In this document: positions 18,692-27,471 of the stretch, piece after piece | How the letters are laid out: each line of letters opens with the position of its first letter | Position numbering within the stretch: position 1 is the stretch's first letter | IMG/VR virus record: IMGVR_UViG_3300026518_000006 | Location: 1-64,000 of that record | Length of the DNA stretch: 64,000 bases | Reading direction: 5' to 3' (one strand) | The notes under the pieces: model-generated | Told to the model about the DNA's origin: nothing | Databases searched by the model: none | Seen by the model: the letters and a program-made list of their open reading frames with translations, nothing else | Made by a program: the position numbers and the translations under genes

Positions 18692-19620
18692 TGTATTGCG
18701 TATATTGTGGGGACTATTTTTCTAATAACAAGTCTCTTGTAAACCATAGGAAAATTTGTAAATTGAACCCGAAAAGTGATACAGCAAAAGAAAGAGAAAC
18801 TAACAAAAAAGAAGAAGAATATCTCAATATTGTCAATAAAATAGAAAGCTTTAATGATATCATTAAAACTGTTGATGAGTATATGGCTGAGAGAGGGTAT
18901 GTAGTTCATTGGGAATCAATTCCATCTAATTTTAGTATAGATATAAATCACTACGAAAAAACTGTATCTAACAATAAAAAGACACAAAATGTTGGGTGGA
19001 AAGGTAATTGGAAAGGCAAAATCGAAAGAATACCTGATTTTAAAGGAGATAATTACAGAAGATGTAGTTTTTGGGATATAAATGGCGATATGTCGGGAAT
19101 ATACGATTTAAAATTCCTCCGTACAAACGGTGGTTCTTGGGGGAGTAGTTTTAGTGGAGAAGGTTATATTCTGCTAAATGATTTTCCTAAACTTATTAAA
19201 AAATATGAAAAACAGGCATCAAAAACTAAAATTAAGCAAGATTTGTCTGAAATAACAATTAGATTGGACAAACTTTATCAAAATAGAGAAAATGAGTACA
19301 TAAAAAATGACGAACTCAAAATAAAAGCTCACGAGATACAACAAAAAATGAGAAAAAATTTGGAAAATTTATCCACAGTTATAAGAAAAAGAGAGACTAC
19401 ACTTAGAAATAAGTTCAGAAATGAAACAACAATCCCATTGCCATCAATAGAGGATGATTTTCAAAATCTTAGTGGATATATGGAGCTAAAAAATAAATTT
19501 GCTTCAAATGAAAAAGTGGCTCTTGATGATGATGTAATCAAAGACGCTATCAAAGACCTTGAAGGTGTATATGCTGAATACAAGGCATTTACAAACGAAT
19601 ATTCAGAATTTTTTATATAG
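18691..19620 (+). CDS. hypothetical protein with N-terminal C2H2-like zinc finger, tag SEFFI
   Basis: CVYCG...L.NHRKIC; paralogue of 21723..22383. Confidence 0.75.
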   Translation: MYCVYCGDYFSNNKSLVNHRKICKLNPKSDTAKERETNKKEEEYLNIVNKIESFNDIIKTVDEYMAERGYVVHWESIPSNFSIDINHYEKTVSNNKKTQNVGWKGNWKGKIERIPDFKGDNYRRCSFWDINGDMSGIYDLKFLRTNGGSWGSSFSGEGYILLNDFPKLIKKYEKQASKTKIKQDLSEITIRLDKLYQNRENEYIKNDELKIKAHEIQQKMRKNLENLSTVIRKRETTLRNKFRNETTIPLPSIEDDFQNLSGYMELKNKFASNEKVALDDDVIKDAIKDLEGVYAEYKAFTNEYSEFFI

Positions 19621-19629
19621 GAGTTACAT

Positions 19630-19919
19630 ATGGAAATTGTAAAGCCAAGCTATAATTACGGAGATGTTGTTTACCCCCCCCCCAAAAAAAAGATATCTCT
19701 TGAGAAAATAAAAAGAGTGTATATCACTAAAGATTATGTACAACACACAGAGTACCATTTTAAGGGTGGTAAGTCTGCACCTGATTATAATGTTTTTGGT
19801 GATGTTAATGACATCAAAAAATGTTACTTCAGCTGATTGATGAAAAAATGGAAAACATAAAACTCTGTATAAAAACAGAACTTGAAATGGATTTGCCTAA
19901 TATAAAGGAATATTTTTGA
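19630..19919 (+). pseudogene. frameshifted hypothetical gene containing a C10A8 tract
   Basis: 0-frame stops at 19836; one extra A in A6 19816-21 reads to ...PNIKEYF* at 19919, overlapping the next start. Confidence 0.5.
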
Positions 19920-20137
19920 TTTATTTAATTAAGATATCGGAAGGATATAAAATAGTTGAGGGAAAATGCAATACTAACACTGTATGGTATGATGTTTTTG
20001 GGTCAAATAGACACTACTTTTACACTTATATTGAAGATTGAGAAAAGAAAGAGTTCAGCACATTTGATATAGTGGACAAAACAACATCAAAAAGTATAGA
20101 TTTTGCAAAGAAAAAATGGGCTGAGTATTTAATATAA
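19916..20137 (+). pseudogene. small gene with in-frame TGA (20039-41), tag WAEYLI
   Basis: TTG start after AAGGA; the same frame continues past TGA to KKKWAEYLI*. Confidence 0.6.
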
Positions 20138-20159
20138 GAATTTGTTTTAAAGGATATTT

Positions 20160-20270
20160 ATGGGTCAAGATTGGATGTTATTGGTTTTTATTGTGGGTTA
20201 TGCGATTTTTATTTTTGGTATGAGTTGGCTATGTAATCATATGAATTGGTGTAAAGATATATTGGAGTGA
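20160..20270 (+). CDS. 36-aa single-pass membrane protein
   Basis: AAGGA RBS; MGQDWMLLVFIVGYAIFIFGMSWL... Confidence 0.55.
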   Translation: MGQDWMLLVFIVGYAIFIFGMSWLCNHMNWCKDILE

Positions 20271-20272
20271 AA

Positions 20273-21001
20273 ATGACATTTAAAGACCTCTATGGAGACA
20301 AATCAAATGAAGTCTATTATGGAGACCTTAATATCTCTGATAAAGGATTAACTTCATTAGAGGGTTGTTATAAAAAAGTTGAGGGCAATTTTTATTGTAG
20401 TAGAAACAAAATAACTTCATTTGAGTATTGTCCTGATATTAAGGATAACTTTTATTGTAATGGAAACAAAATAACCTCATTTAAGTTTTGTCCTGATGTT
20501 GAGGGCAATTTTTATTGTAGTAGAAACAAAATAACTTCATTTGAGTATTGTCCTGATATTAAGGGTGATTTTTATTGTAGTGGAAATCAAATAACTTCCT
20601 TTGAGTATTGTCCTGATATTAAGGGTGATTTTTATTGTAGGGGAAACAAAATAACTTCCTTTGAGTATTGTCCTGATGTTAAGGGTAGCTTTAATTGTAG
20701 AGATAATCAAATAACTTCCTTTGAGTATTGTCCTGATATTAAGGGTGATTTTTATTGTAGGGGAAACAAAATAACTTCATTTAAATACTGTCCTGATATT
20801 AAGGGTAACTTTTATTGTAGTGGAAATCAAATAACTTCCTTTGAGTATTGTCCTGATATTAGTGGTGACTTTAGTTGTCGTAATAACAAAATAACTTCCT
20901 TTGAAAACGAGTATTACTATCCTAATGTAGAGTTAGACAAAGACATTAAACAAAAATATATTGAGTTCGGTAAAGAACACTTTCCTCAGTACTTTATTTG
21001 A
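20273..21001 (+). CDS. leucine-rich-repeat protein 2 (8 x 20-aa modules), tag PQYFI
   Basis: Caps essentially identical to 12845 copy; different module order. Confidence 0.9.
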   Translation: MTFKDLYGDKSNEVYYGDLNISDKGLTSLEGCYKKVEGNFYCSRNKITSFEYCPDIKDNFYCNGNKITSFKFCPDVEGNFYCSRNKITSFEYCPDIKGDFYCSGNQITSFEYCPDIKGDFYCRGNKITSFEYCPDVKGSFNCRDNQITSFEYCPDIKGDFYCRGNKITSFKYCPDIKGNFYCSGNQITSFEYCPDISGDFSCRNNKITSFENEYYYPNVELDKDIKQKYIEFGKEHFPQYFI

Positions 21002-21060
21002 GTACTTTAGTTGAATACTTTATTTAAGTACTTTATCTGAGTACTTTATTTTAGTACTTT
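20990..21060 (+). repeat. 13-bp tandem array (TACTTTAKYTRAR)
   Basis: About 6 units overlapping the LRR stop codon. Confidence 0.85.
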
Positions 21061-21076
21061 CTCATACCTCTTCAAG

Positions 21077-21197
21077 AGATTTTACTTTTTAAAAGTAAAA
21101 TCTTTAAAAGTACTCAAATAGCACTCAAATAGCACTCAAAAACACTTGACTTCTTATAAAGATTATTGTATAATTGGTATAAAAAGAGAAAAGGATT
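21077..21197 (+). promoter_or_regulatory. dispersed cassette: palindrome + 11-bp CTCAAATAGCA repeats + early promoter
   Basis: Palindrome 21077-103; TTGACT 21146-51; TATAAT 21169-74. Confidence 0.9.
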
Positions 21198-21200
21198 TAA

Positions 21201-21716
21201 ATGAAAACAAGAGTTGTAAAAAATAAAAATGGAAAATATATAGTTCAATTTAAACGAGAGATTTTCGGTATTTCTATGTTTTGGTGGACTACATCGGGCT
21301 ATCTTGAGTGTAGTGGAGGGGGCAACTGTTGGAATGAGCCCTATATATTCAAAACAGAAAATGAAGCTGTTGAATTTATGATTAAAATGGTTTTGGAGCG
21401 AGAAACAAAAGACAAATTGGCTGAAGAAGCGGGTGTTGTTGCTGAAGCAACAAGCGAAGAAGTAAGAGAAAAATTTCCGCAATTTTTATATAGAAATATG
21501 ATAAGAGTAAAGAAAGATAAAAATAATTTGTATATTATTGAGAGAAGAGTTGGGTTTCACGCCATAAAGATGTGGTGGCGTGCGGTGTCTTATTATAGAG
21601 GACTACCGTATGTTTTCGCTTCTGAAGAGGAGGCTGTAAAATACTTTGTAAAAAATCTTGCCACTGAGTATGATAAACAAATATTAAGTAAAATATACCC
21701 TGAATATATTATCTAA
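21201..21716 (+). CDS. two paralogous small proteins fused in frame, tag YPEYII
   Basis: Internal repeat; first half ends EKFPQFLY; second ATG at 21498. Confidence 0.7.
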   Translation: MKTRVVKNKNGKYIVQFKREIFGISMFWWTTSGYLECSGGGNCWNEPYIFKTENEAVEFMIKMVLERETKDKLAEEAGVVAEATSEEVREKFPQFLYRNMIRVKKDKNNLYIIERRVGFHAIKMWWRAVSYYRGLPYVFASEEEAVKYFVKNLATEYDKQILSKIYPEYII

Positions 21717-21722
21717 TTCAAA

Positions 21723-22383
21723 ATGAAAGGACAGAAAAATAAAAAACACCAAAGCTAAAACAAAAACTACAGAACAACAAAGATATATGGAAGTTATCTC
21801 AAAAGTGAGAACAGTAAATGATATACCTCAAGTAGTTAATGAGATTCTTAAACCATACGGTCTGTATGTAGAATTTAAATCGTTTCCTAATAGTTGGTAT
21901 GATTCGGCATATTCAAGCCCACACCCAACACCACTATATAAAAATGAAGATAAAATCTACCAAGGTTGGAAAGGTCAATGGAAGGGTAGTGTTAAGCGTT
22001 TAGATGGAAAAATAACAACACTATTAGTTTTCACAACCTGTATTCTCTTTTTAGAGATGGTAAGAGTTTTCCTGCACTCACTTTTTTAAGAACTGGAACA
22101 GGCAATTGTGGTGTCGATTTTAACATTTCAGGGCATATATTAGTGGATGATTTCCCTTATTTACACAGAGCTTATTTTAAGAAAAGGTATGACTTAACTT
22201 ACAATAAAACTTTTCAACAACAGTTAAAGCAAATAGAAAAAGAAATGTCTGTAGAAGAAACTAAATTTGTTAATTCCAACAAAGACTATATCTCCTGATA
22301 TTGAACAAATCCTAAAAGAACTTAAGGAAAAGTCTGATAAATCAAAAGAGTTTGCGGATAAACATTTAGAGTACTTTATTTAA
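21723..22383 (+). pseudogene. degraded paralogue of 18691..19620, tag HLEYFI
   Basis: GWKGQWKG motif; frame breaks near 21741-46, 22008-12 and about 22290; ends DKHLEYFI* at 22383. Confidence 0.7.
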
Positions 22384-22410
22384 AATATATTTAAGACATT
22401 CATAAGAAGA

Positions 22411-23937
22411 TTGAGGTATAATTATATAAAAAACGGGCTTCTTGTGGATAAAATAATCTTTCTATGTATACACTATTTCACCCATAAAGGTTTCAAATTT
22501 TTGGAGTTTAATGGGAGTAGTGTCAAAGTGGAACTCGATGGTGATGAATATTTTTGGTACCCGTCAACACCATATAAAATGCGCCATAAACAAAAGTGGA
22601 AAGAGGTTGATGGTTTCAATGATATTACCAAACTCAAACAACACAAATTAAATTGGAAAATAAAGTGTAATAAAGAGTTAGAAGAGCTACTGACAAGAGA
22701 TTGTAAATTCACATATCAAATTCAGGTAGACACACAAAACTTAGATAGCCATTCTAAAGATGTGACTGATTTTCTAAACAACTACCAAATATTAAAAATC
22801 AGTTCGCCTATGGCTACACGAAAATCGAATATTATAGGCGAAGTTGTTTCTCAAGCACACAAAAACAATCAAAGAGTATTATTCATCACAAACAGAGTTT
22901 CATTGTCTGTGGATATTGCTGACAAATATGGTATTCCACACTATCAAAGAAACGACTACATCACAGGAAATTCACTAGTAGTACAGTTCGATTCTTTGTA
23001 TAAGTTCGTTAGTGAATTGGAAATGTTCGACATTATTATTTTAGATGAAGTGACATCACTACTTTTATATATGACCTCAACTTTTAAGGGCAAAGAAGAA
23101 AAGTACATAAAAAATATATTCGCTTTTATGAGCTTACGCTTAAAAAAGTTTGTGATAGCGGACAGTTTTATTATTGACTTTCCGTTTAAAGGCAGAACAC
23201 TAGGAATATATAACAACTTTAGAGAAAAGTTGAATGTTAAAGAGTATTTGGATAAAAATATGTTTATATCCAAAATCATTCAAAAATCAATGGACTCTTT
23301 GATATCAGTTTCATCAAATGAAAAAGGGTTTTTGGTCAAAACCAAAAAACTCTTAGAAGATAGAGGTAAAAAAGTAATATTGCTTACCGCTGATACTGAT
23401 GAGAAAGAAAGAGATAAAATTTACTCAATGTTCAATAATCAAAAAATAAATTGCGATGCTATTTTGTATAGCCCAACTCTAACCGTAGGTGTATCAATAT
23501 TTACTGATATAGAGCATCATTTCCACTATGATACAAGCGGGACGGTATCAGTTATTGATAGTATTCAAATGACTAGAAGAACCCGTGAAGCGAAATCTAT
23601 CCATATATTCATAAGAGGAAAGTCATCATTTAAAGATACAAACTTAAAGAATATCAAACGAAACTTAAAATCATTCCAAATAATTGATGAGTGGGGGAAC
23701 TCTGAAAAACTAACATACACAGGCGAAAAGTTGGCTGAATTAAAACAGATAAGAAATATACTCGACAACACCCACAAATATGCTTTTAAGTCGTTACTTG
23801 GCTATCAGTTTGAAGTGGTGGAGATTGTGGATAAACCTGAAAAGAGAGAAATTAAACTAACTCCTTTTGAGATAGAATTGATAGACAGAACAAAAGAGAA
23901 AATAGACAAAAATATTAAAATGAGAAGAAATCAATAA
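22411..23937 (+). CDS. SF2 helicase, origin-binding-protein (UL9)-like
   Basis: SPMATRKS (Walker A variant), ITNRVSL, ILDEVTS, YSPTLTVGVS, QM..RTR. Confidence 0.7.
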   Translation: MRYNYIKNGLLVDKIIFLCIHYFTHKGFKFLEFNGSSVKVELDGDEYFWYPSTPYKMRHKQKWKEVDGFNDITKLKQHKLNWKIKCNKELEELLTRDCKFTYQIQVDTQNLDSHSKDVTDFLNNYQILKISSPMATRKSNIIGEVVSQAHKNNQRVLFITNRVSLSVDIADKYGIPHYQRNDYITGNSLVVQFDSLYKFVSELEMFDIIILDEVTSLLLYMTSTFKGKEEKYIKNIFAFMSLRLKKFVIADSFIIDFPFKGRTLGIYNNFREKLNVKEYLDKNMFISKIIQKSMDSLISVSSNEKGFLVKTKKLLEDRGKKVILLTADTDEKERDKIYSMFNNQKINCDAILYSPTLTVGVSIFTDIEHHFHYDTSGTVSVIDSIQMTRRTREAKSIHIFIRGKSSFKDTNLKNIKRNLKSFQIIDEWGNSEKLTYTGEKLAELKQIRNILDNTHKYAFKSLLGYQFEVVEIVDKPEKREIKLTPFEIELIDRTKEKIDKNIKMRRNQ

Positions 23938-23976
23938 TTTTGTAAGTGTATTTTAATAAAACTTGCACTATAATCT

Positions 23977-24723
23977 TTGTATAAAAACTACAAAGGATTA
24001 AAAATGATTAGAAAAGAAATTCTAAAAGAAGATGGAAATTACCAAGTCATTAAGATTTGGATGAGTGGAGAGACATACTATCGTGTTCAAGAGAATAGGT
24101 ATGGCACAGAGTGGGATTGGGAAGACTTTGGGCTTGAGGAGGATGCAATAAAAAGTTTTGATGAAATCATCGCTAAAAAAGCATCAGAAAATGAAGAAGA
24201 GGGGTCGGCACTTTCATCAAGTACTGAATCGCCCGAAAGCCCCAACAGCACGGGCGTTGAAGCCGATGGGGACTTAGAAAAAAGTACTACTTTTTCTAAA
24301 AAAATCGAAGTACTTGACCTTAACAAAATTGAAAACCGATACAACCCAAACGGTAATTCAGATTATGTATATACAGATACTCAAGAAATTATAAATCCTG
24401 AAAGCATCAAACTAACAGTAGATGACATCATCAACAATTCAAAAATAACCTATTCATACATACAAGGTGCTACTGATGATTGGGGGTTTGATGAAGGAGA
24501 GTTGTTAGATGTATTTTTTATTCAAGTTGATTATGATGACAACTCACATTTTTCAATCTTTATGGACTTCTACAAACAAGTCAATCCAAACGAAAATGTA
24601 TCGTTCTTTGATGATGTAGATGAGCCTATGGAGTGTTTCTACTACTATCCTAATAATAGTGAAAACACACAGAAACTGATTGGATTTTTATCCAAAATTA
24701 ACGCTAAACAAACAAAATGGTAG
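23977..24723 (+). CDS. acidic hypothetical protein (likely start 24004)
   Basis: D/E-rich with S/E-rich linker; AAAGGA RBS. Confidence 0.7.
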   Translation: MYKNYKGLKMIRKEILKEDGNYQVIKIWMSGETYYRVQENRYGTEWDWEDFGLEEDAIKSFDEIIAKKASENEEEGSALSSSTESPESPNSTGVEADGDLEKSTTFSKKIEVLDLNKIENRYNPNGNSDYVYTDTQEIINPESIKLTVDDIINNSKITYSYIQGATDDWGFDEGELLDVFFIQVDYDDNSHFSIFMDFYKQVNPNENVSFFDDVDEPMECFYYYPNNSENTQKLIGFLSKINAKQTKW

Positions 24724-24998
24724 GGTTAAAAATGAAAAATATCAAAAAAATCACAACATTATGTGTACTAATTGCTATTGGGGTATTTATCAGTGGTTGT
24801 ACAAACAGAACAGATGCCGAAAGAGCTTTGAAAGCCGAAGGCTTTAAAGATATAAAAATCACAGGATATGATTGGTTTAGTTGTAGTGAAGATGATTTTT
24901 ATCATACAGGTTTTGAAGCTACCAATCACAACGGTCTGAGAGTAAAAGGCACCGTTTGTTCGGGTCTTTTGTTTAAGAATGCGACAATTCGATATTAG
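24717..24998 (+). CDS. putative lipoprotein
   Basis: Signal peptide with lipobox FISGC; TGYDWFSCSEDD motif. Confidence 0.7.
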   Translation: MVGLKMKNIKKITTLCVLIAIGVFISGCTNRTDAERALKAEGFKDIKITGYDWFSCSEDDFYHTGFEATNHNGLRVKGTVCSGLLFKNATIRY

Positions 24999-25006
24999 GT
25001 GTTGAT

Positions 25007-25360
25007 ATGTTATTGACACCAAATGAATTGAAGGACTTTGAAAACTTCTATCTCCAAGAGAACGAAGTAGTTTTTGACAATTATTATAATAAGATATATT
25101 ATGATATTTTTAAACTAACTTTTGTAAAAAAATATACTATTTTTGGTATTTTTAATCGCACAAATAAGATTGAAAAAGAATATAAATTTAAAAGGAAGGT
25201 GACTCCAAGCAAAGAAGAAGGGTATATTGTAACCTCTATGTCTCCTGAAGCTGTTGAATTGAAAGACCAACTCAAACAAATAGTCTCCGATAAATGGCAC
25301 TGTATTTCTGATGAGAATTACGAGTTTTTTGTAAAAAAATTTCCTGAGAGGTTCGTGTGA
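25007..25360 (+). CDS. hypothetical protein with C-terminal tag (FPERFV)
   Basis: 117 aa ORF. Confidence 0.75.
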   Translation: MLLTPNELKDFENFYLQENEVVFDNYYNKIYYDIFKLTFVKKYTIFGIFNRTNKIEKEYKFKRKVTPSKEEGYIVTSMSPEAVELKDQLKQIVSDKWHCISDENYEFFVKKFPERFV

Positions 25361-25692
25361 TGTGGGCGAATTTAAAATATAGAGATGTTTTTTATTTTAA
25401 AAGGAATAAGTTTGATGGTGAATCCACCTCATATATTGCTTTAGTACTAAATACATCAAAGCAGAAAAAATCAATAACAATTTCTATAATTTTGGAAGAT
25501 AACCAAATTAAAAATACATATAACCATCCTGAAACACTATCATTAGGAGATTTATATATGGACACAAACATTGAATTTTTAAAATTAATAGGGGCACTGA
25601 AAAATCAAGATGTAAAACATTTCAAAGAGTACCCTATTAAAAAATGGATTAATGAAGTATTTTCAAAAGAGTACCCCGAATACTTAGTGTAA
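25357..25692 (+). CDS. hypothetical protein with C-terminal tag (YPEYLV)
   Basis: 111 aa; GTGA coupling. Confidence 0.75.
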   Translation: MMWANLKYRDVFYFKRNKFDGESTSYIALVLNTSKQKKSITISIILEDNQIKNTYNHPETLSLGDLYMDTNIEFLKLIGALKNQDVKHFKEYPIKKWINEVFSKEYPEYLV

Positions 25693-25701
25693 CTTAGTAG
25701 C

Positions 25702-26427
25702 TTAGGCGTTTCTTTTATTTCCTATCGCATCACCATAAGCAAGAGATAGTGGAAGTAAAATTTCAATAGGTAAATCTATCACTAAACAATTTACTTTCAT
25801 TTCAGGGTTGTCAAGAATAGCACTCAAATATCTGTGATGACCATCAATAATAAAGTTATCAATAGAAACAATAAAAACGGTTTCTTTAGATGTCAAAAAT
25901 CTTTCACTCTCAGTCTCTCCATCTCTTGCAATATTTTCAATAGACTTATCAAAATAAATCTGTTCTTGAATAGGCATTAAATCACCTGCTCTTATTTTCT
26001 CCATATGAACACGAACTTTATCATCACTTTTAGAGCCGTCATATTTTCCAAGACCTGCTTTTAACCATTGTTCGGCTTCTTTTCCTGTCAATCCTTCAGG
26101 AAATGGGTTTTTATCATCAGTAAAAGGTGCATAGGGTTGTCTTATATCTAAATGCCCTTTTTTTAGTCGTTGTTGAAACAATTTTACATCTTTAAATGTG
26201 ATTACGGGCATATCTTTTCTTTTCGTATGTCCTACACCTGCTTGGGCTTGTGCATAAAGGTAATTTTTATCAAAATTAGGAATTTCTAAATCAAGATATC
26301 TACCATATTCTTTCATTCTTTCTTCAGCATATTTTCTTGCTTTTTCGACAGATGTCTTTCTCAACTCAAGCTTTCCTGCTTTAGCTCCGCCTTTACCGCC
26401 CTCTAAAAGATAAGCTCTAAAATTCAT
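25702..26427 (-). CDS. ParB/sulfiredoxin-like domain protein, putative virion cargo
   Basis: FIIDGHHRY; MNFRAYLLE N-terminus; TATAAATA at 26448-55. Confidence 0.7.
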   Translation of the reverse strand: MNFRAYLLEGGKGGAKAGKLELRKTSVEKARKYAEERMKEYGRYLDLEIPNFDKNYLYAQAQAGVGHTKRKDMPVITFKDVKLFQQRLKKGHLDIRQPYAPFTDDKNPFPEGLTGKEAEQWLKAGLGKYDGSKSDDKVRVHMEKIRAGDLMPIQEQIYFDKSIENIARDGETESERFLTSKETVFIVSIDNFIIDGHHRYLSAILDNPEMKVNCLVIDLPIEILLPLSLAYGDAIGNKRNA

Positions 26428-26512
26428 ATCTACACCTATTTTTTCATTATTTATATTTAATTATATTATAAGTATCTTACGCTATAATTAAAATAAAATT
26501 TTAAGGTTAATA

Positions 26513-27379
26513 ATGAAAACTTATACTATTGATTTTATATCAGATATACACCTTGATTTTTGGCTTAAAGAAAAACAAGCCAACAAAAAACTAGAGAATA
26601 TTACTGAAAACTTCATTAAGACTGTGTTAAAACCTAAAGGTGATTATATACTTGTGATAGCGGGGGATTTGGGTCATTACTATACTCAAGATACAGAACT
26701 ATTAAGACAATTGAATAAGATATACAAACATATAATCATAGTAACAGGAAATCACGACCTTTATTTGGTTTCAACCAATCAGAAAAAGAAGTACCGTATG
26801 CACTCATACGCAAGAGTTGAAGAAATGAAGGCTTTCTGTGAAAAAGAGGGAATACACTACTTAGATGGTAATGTTGTGGATATTGATGGGTTAAAAATTG
26901 GTGGGACTGGTATGTGGTATGATTTAGACGGTTCACCTAAATTGGAGAAGTGGAATAAAGTAATGAATGACAGCAACCTTATTATGGAGGGTAGTGAACC
27001 TATTAAATATCAATATGGCTATGGGTCTTATGTAAAACAATCACAATGGGACACACAAGCACATTATATAAAAGAGGTTGATAAATTGGCGCAATTGATT
27101 TTTAAAGATGTTGATGTGCTAGTTACCCATATATTACCTGTCCTTATGCCTGAAGAAATTATGGTACCTCAATATAGAGGCGATGAAAACAATATCTTCT
27201 ATATGAGTGATAATATGGATATAGTGGAAGAAATTAATCCTGAAGTTGTTATTTTTGGTCACACTCACGAAACTTATGACTTTGATTTAAATGGTATTTG
27301 GTTTGTATGTAATCCATTGGGCTACCAATCTGAAAGAACAGGTAATGAAATCCGACAAATACAAATCACAAAATCCTAA
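26513..27379 (+). CDS. calcineurin-like metallophosphoesterase
   Basis: SDIHLD, AGDLG, GNHD, THILP, FGHTH. Confidence 0.9.
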   Translation: MKTYTIDFISDIHLDFWLKEKQANKKLENITENFIKTVLKPKGDYILVIAGDLGHYYTQDTELLRQLNKIYKHIIIVTGNHDLYLVSTNQKKKYRMHSYARVEEMKAFCEKEGIHYLDGNVVDIDGLKIGGTGMWYDLDGSPKLEKWNKVMNDSNLIMEGSEPIKYQYGYGSYVKQSQWDTQAHYIKEVDKLAQLIFKDVDVLVTHILPVLMPEEIMVPQYRGDENNIFYMSDNMDIVEEINPEVVIFGHTHETYDFDLNGIWFVCNPLGYQSERTGNEIRQIQITKS

Positions 27380-27471
27380 ACAAATCTGTACTAAAGTATA
27401 GGTTTTGTTTATATTTAAGAAATTCTTAAAATTGATTGTCTATAATCAGTAAACAAAACAGAAGGAAATAA

